From NCBI GenBank assembly GCA_964504565.1, contig CAZDEY010000007.1, positions 16,874 to 39,150 on the forward strand: a stretch of DNA of 22,277 nt, read 5' to 3'. The stretch's first letter is position 1, and each line of letters begins with the position of its first letter. The translations under genes and the position numbers were made by a program. The stretch is from an uncultured Roseivirgaceae bacterium. GTDB lineage: Bacteria; Bacteroidota; Bacteroidia; Cytophagales; Cyclobacteriaceae. Of the stretch, positions 21,578-22,277 are shown piece by piece. The notes under the pieces were generated by a model. It was given only the letters and a program-made list of their open reading frames with translations. It searched no databases and was not told the origin of the DNA.

Positions 21578-22277
21578 ATGAGCAGGCTGAAAGAGATGCT
21601 GATGAAGGAAGAACCGGAACTTACCGCCCCGGGCGTATACCGTATAGCGTCCGCTATAGTTAACGCCTACATGGTAGGCTACCCCGGCGAAGATTGGGTG
21701 CTTATTGATACCGGATTGCCATTTTCAGCCGGCCAAATTAAACATGCCGCCGAAGCCGTATATGGGCTCGACGCTAAACCTGCTGCAATAATTTTAACCC
21801 ACGGCCACTTCGATCATGCTGGTTCAGTAGTAGAATTAGCCGATTTTTGGCAGGTGCCGGTATACGCCCACCCTAATGAATTTCCGTTCCTGACGGGCCG
21901 CTCGCCCTACCCGCCGGCCGACCCTACCGTAGGCGGTTTAGGCGGACAAATGAGCCGATTCTACTCCAACAGTCCGGTTGATATAAGCAAGTATTTACGT
22001 CCGCTGCCGGAAGATGGTAGCGTACCCCACCGCCCCTTGTTTAAGTGGCTGCATACGCCCGGCCACACACCCGGCCATATCAGTTTATTTCGTGAGCGCG
22101 ATAGAGTACTTATTGCCGGCGATGCCATAGTAACTATGGACCAGCACAATGCCGCCGGCCTTATGGGCAAACATACTAACTTATACGGCCCGCCGGAGTA
22201 TTTTACCCCGGACTGGATCGCCGCTCTGCGCTCTATTGACCGCCTGGCACTGCTGAAAACTAAAGTAATAGCTACCG
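21578..22277 (+). CDS. MBL-fold metallo-hydrolase (3'-truncated by the window edge)
   Basis: The frame is open from the ATG at 21578 to the window end. HxHxDH metal-binding motif ILTHGHFDHAG, with downstream His/Asp (HTPGHTPGH, AGDAIV) consistent with a metallo-beta-lactamase fold. The ORF is absent from the supplied track, presumably because no stop codon lies within the window. Confidence 0.75.
   Translation, partial: MSRLKEMLMKEEPELTAPGVYRIASAIVNAYMVGYPGEDWVLIDTGLPFSAGQIKHAAEAVYGLDAKPAAIILTHGHFDHAGSVVELADFWQVPVYAHPNEFPFLTGRSPYPPADPTVGGLGGQMSRFYSNSPVDISKYLRPLPEDGSVPHRPLFKWLHTPGHTPGHISLFRERDRVLIAGDAIVTMDQHNAAGLMGKHTNLYGPPEYFTPDWIAALRSIDRLALLKTKVIAT

Noticed and set aside
1-22277. tRNA, rRNA or other housekeeping RNA genes
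   Set aside because: By-eye scanning for T-loop-like GTTCGAAT/GTTCAAAT motifs, with appropriate acceptor-stem pairing, found nothing convincing. No rRNA-like conserved blocks were seen.

Overview
The window reads like a Bacteroidota chromosome segment, probably Cytophagia-like. Supporting signs are lipoprotein signal peptides ending in a lipobox Cys, genes without Shine-Dalgarno sequences, and family content that includes a TonB-dependent receptor, a HEIGH-type metalloprotease and a RAYT-like transposase. GC-richer core genes alternate with clearly AT-rich segments. Gene order (5' to 3'): the C-terminal part of a TonB-dependent receptor; an AT-rich cassette encoding a secreted metzincin lipoprotein, with a 72-bp terminator-containing segment duplicated on both sides; a yfcH-like epimerase; a LOG-family protein with a lysine-rich N-terminal tail; an orphan AT-rich ORF; and a minus-strand XRE-HTH regulator with a C-terminal S24-like domain. 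From 6524 to 18648 every real gene is on the plus strand: a YjfI-like (DUF2170) protein; a PspA/IM30 YjfJ-like protein; an NfeD/YqiJ-like membrane protein; a 715-aa flotillin; two small membrane proteins; and a 1650-aa giant protein. The giant protein's C-terminus carries a clear MoxR/AAA_5-type ATPase core (Walker A GYGKTT, Walker B-like DDIQHCNP, sensor AGNP, Arg-finger-like NRAD) behind about 1250 aa of beta-rich and coiled-coil sequence. It is followed with 4-11 bp spacers by two small 2-TM proteins and a TerB-domain protein. I consider this giant-ATPase operon, in a membrane-stress (PspA/flotillin) neighbourhood, the most likely undescribed system in the window. The block also contains a family of GC-rich REP/MITE-like palindromic elements built on a CCCCTCTCAAGAGGGG hairpin, present as two copies that are each an inverted pair. 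Downstream are an IS200-like/RAYT-type HUH tyrosine transposase gene flanked by near-identical 33-bp palindromes, a YciE-type ferritin-like protein, a convergent S51 (cyanophycinase-like) lipoprotein, and the 5' part of an MBL-fold hydrolase. I found no rRNA, tRNA or CRISPR array.
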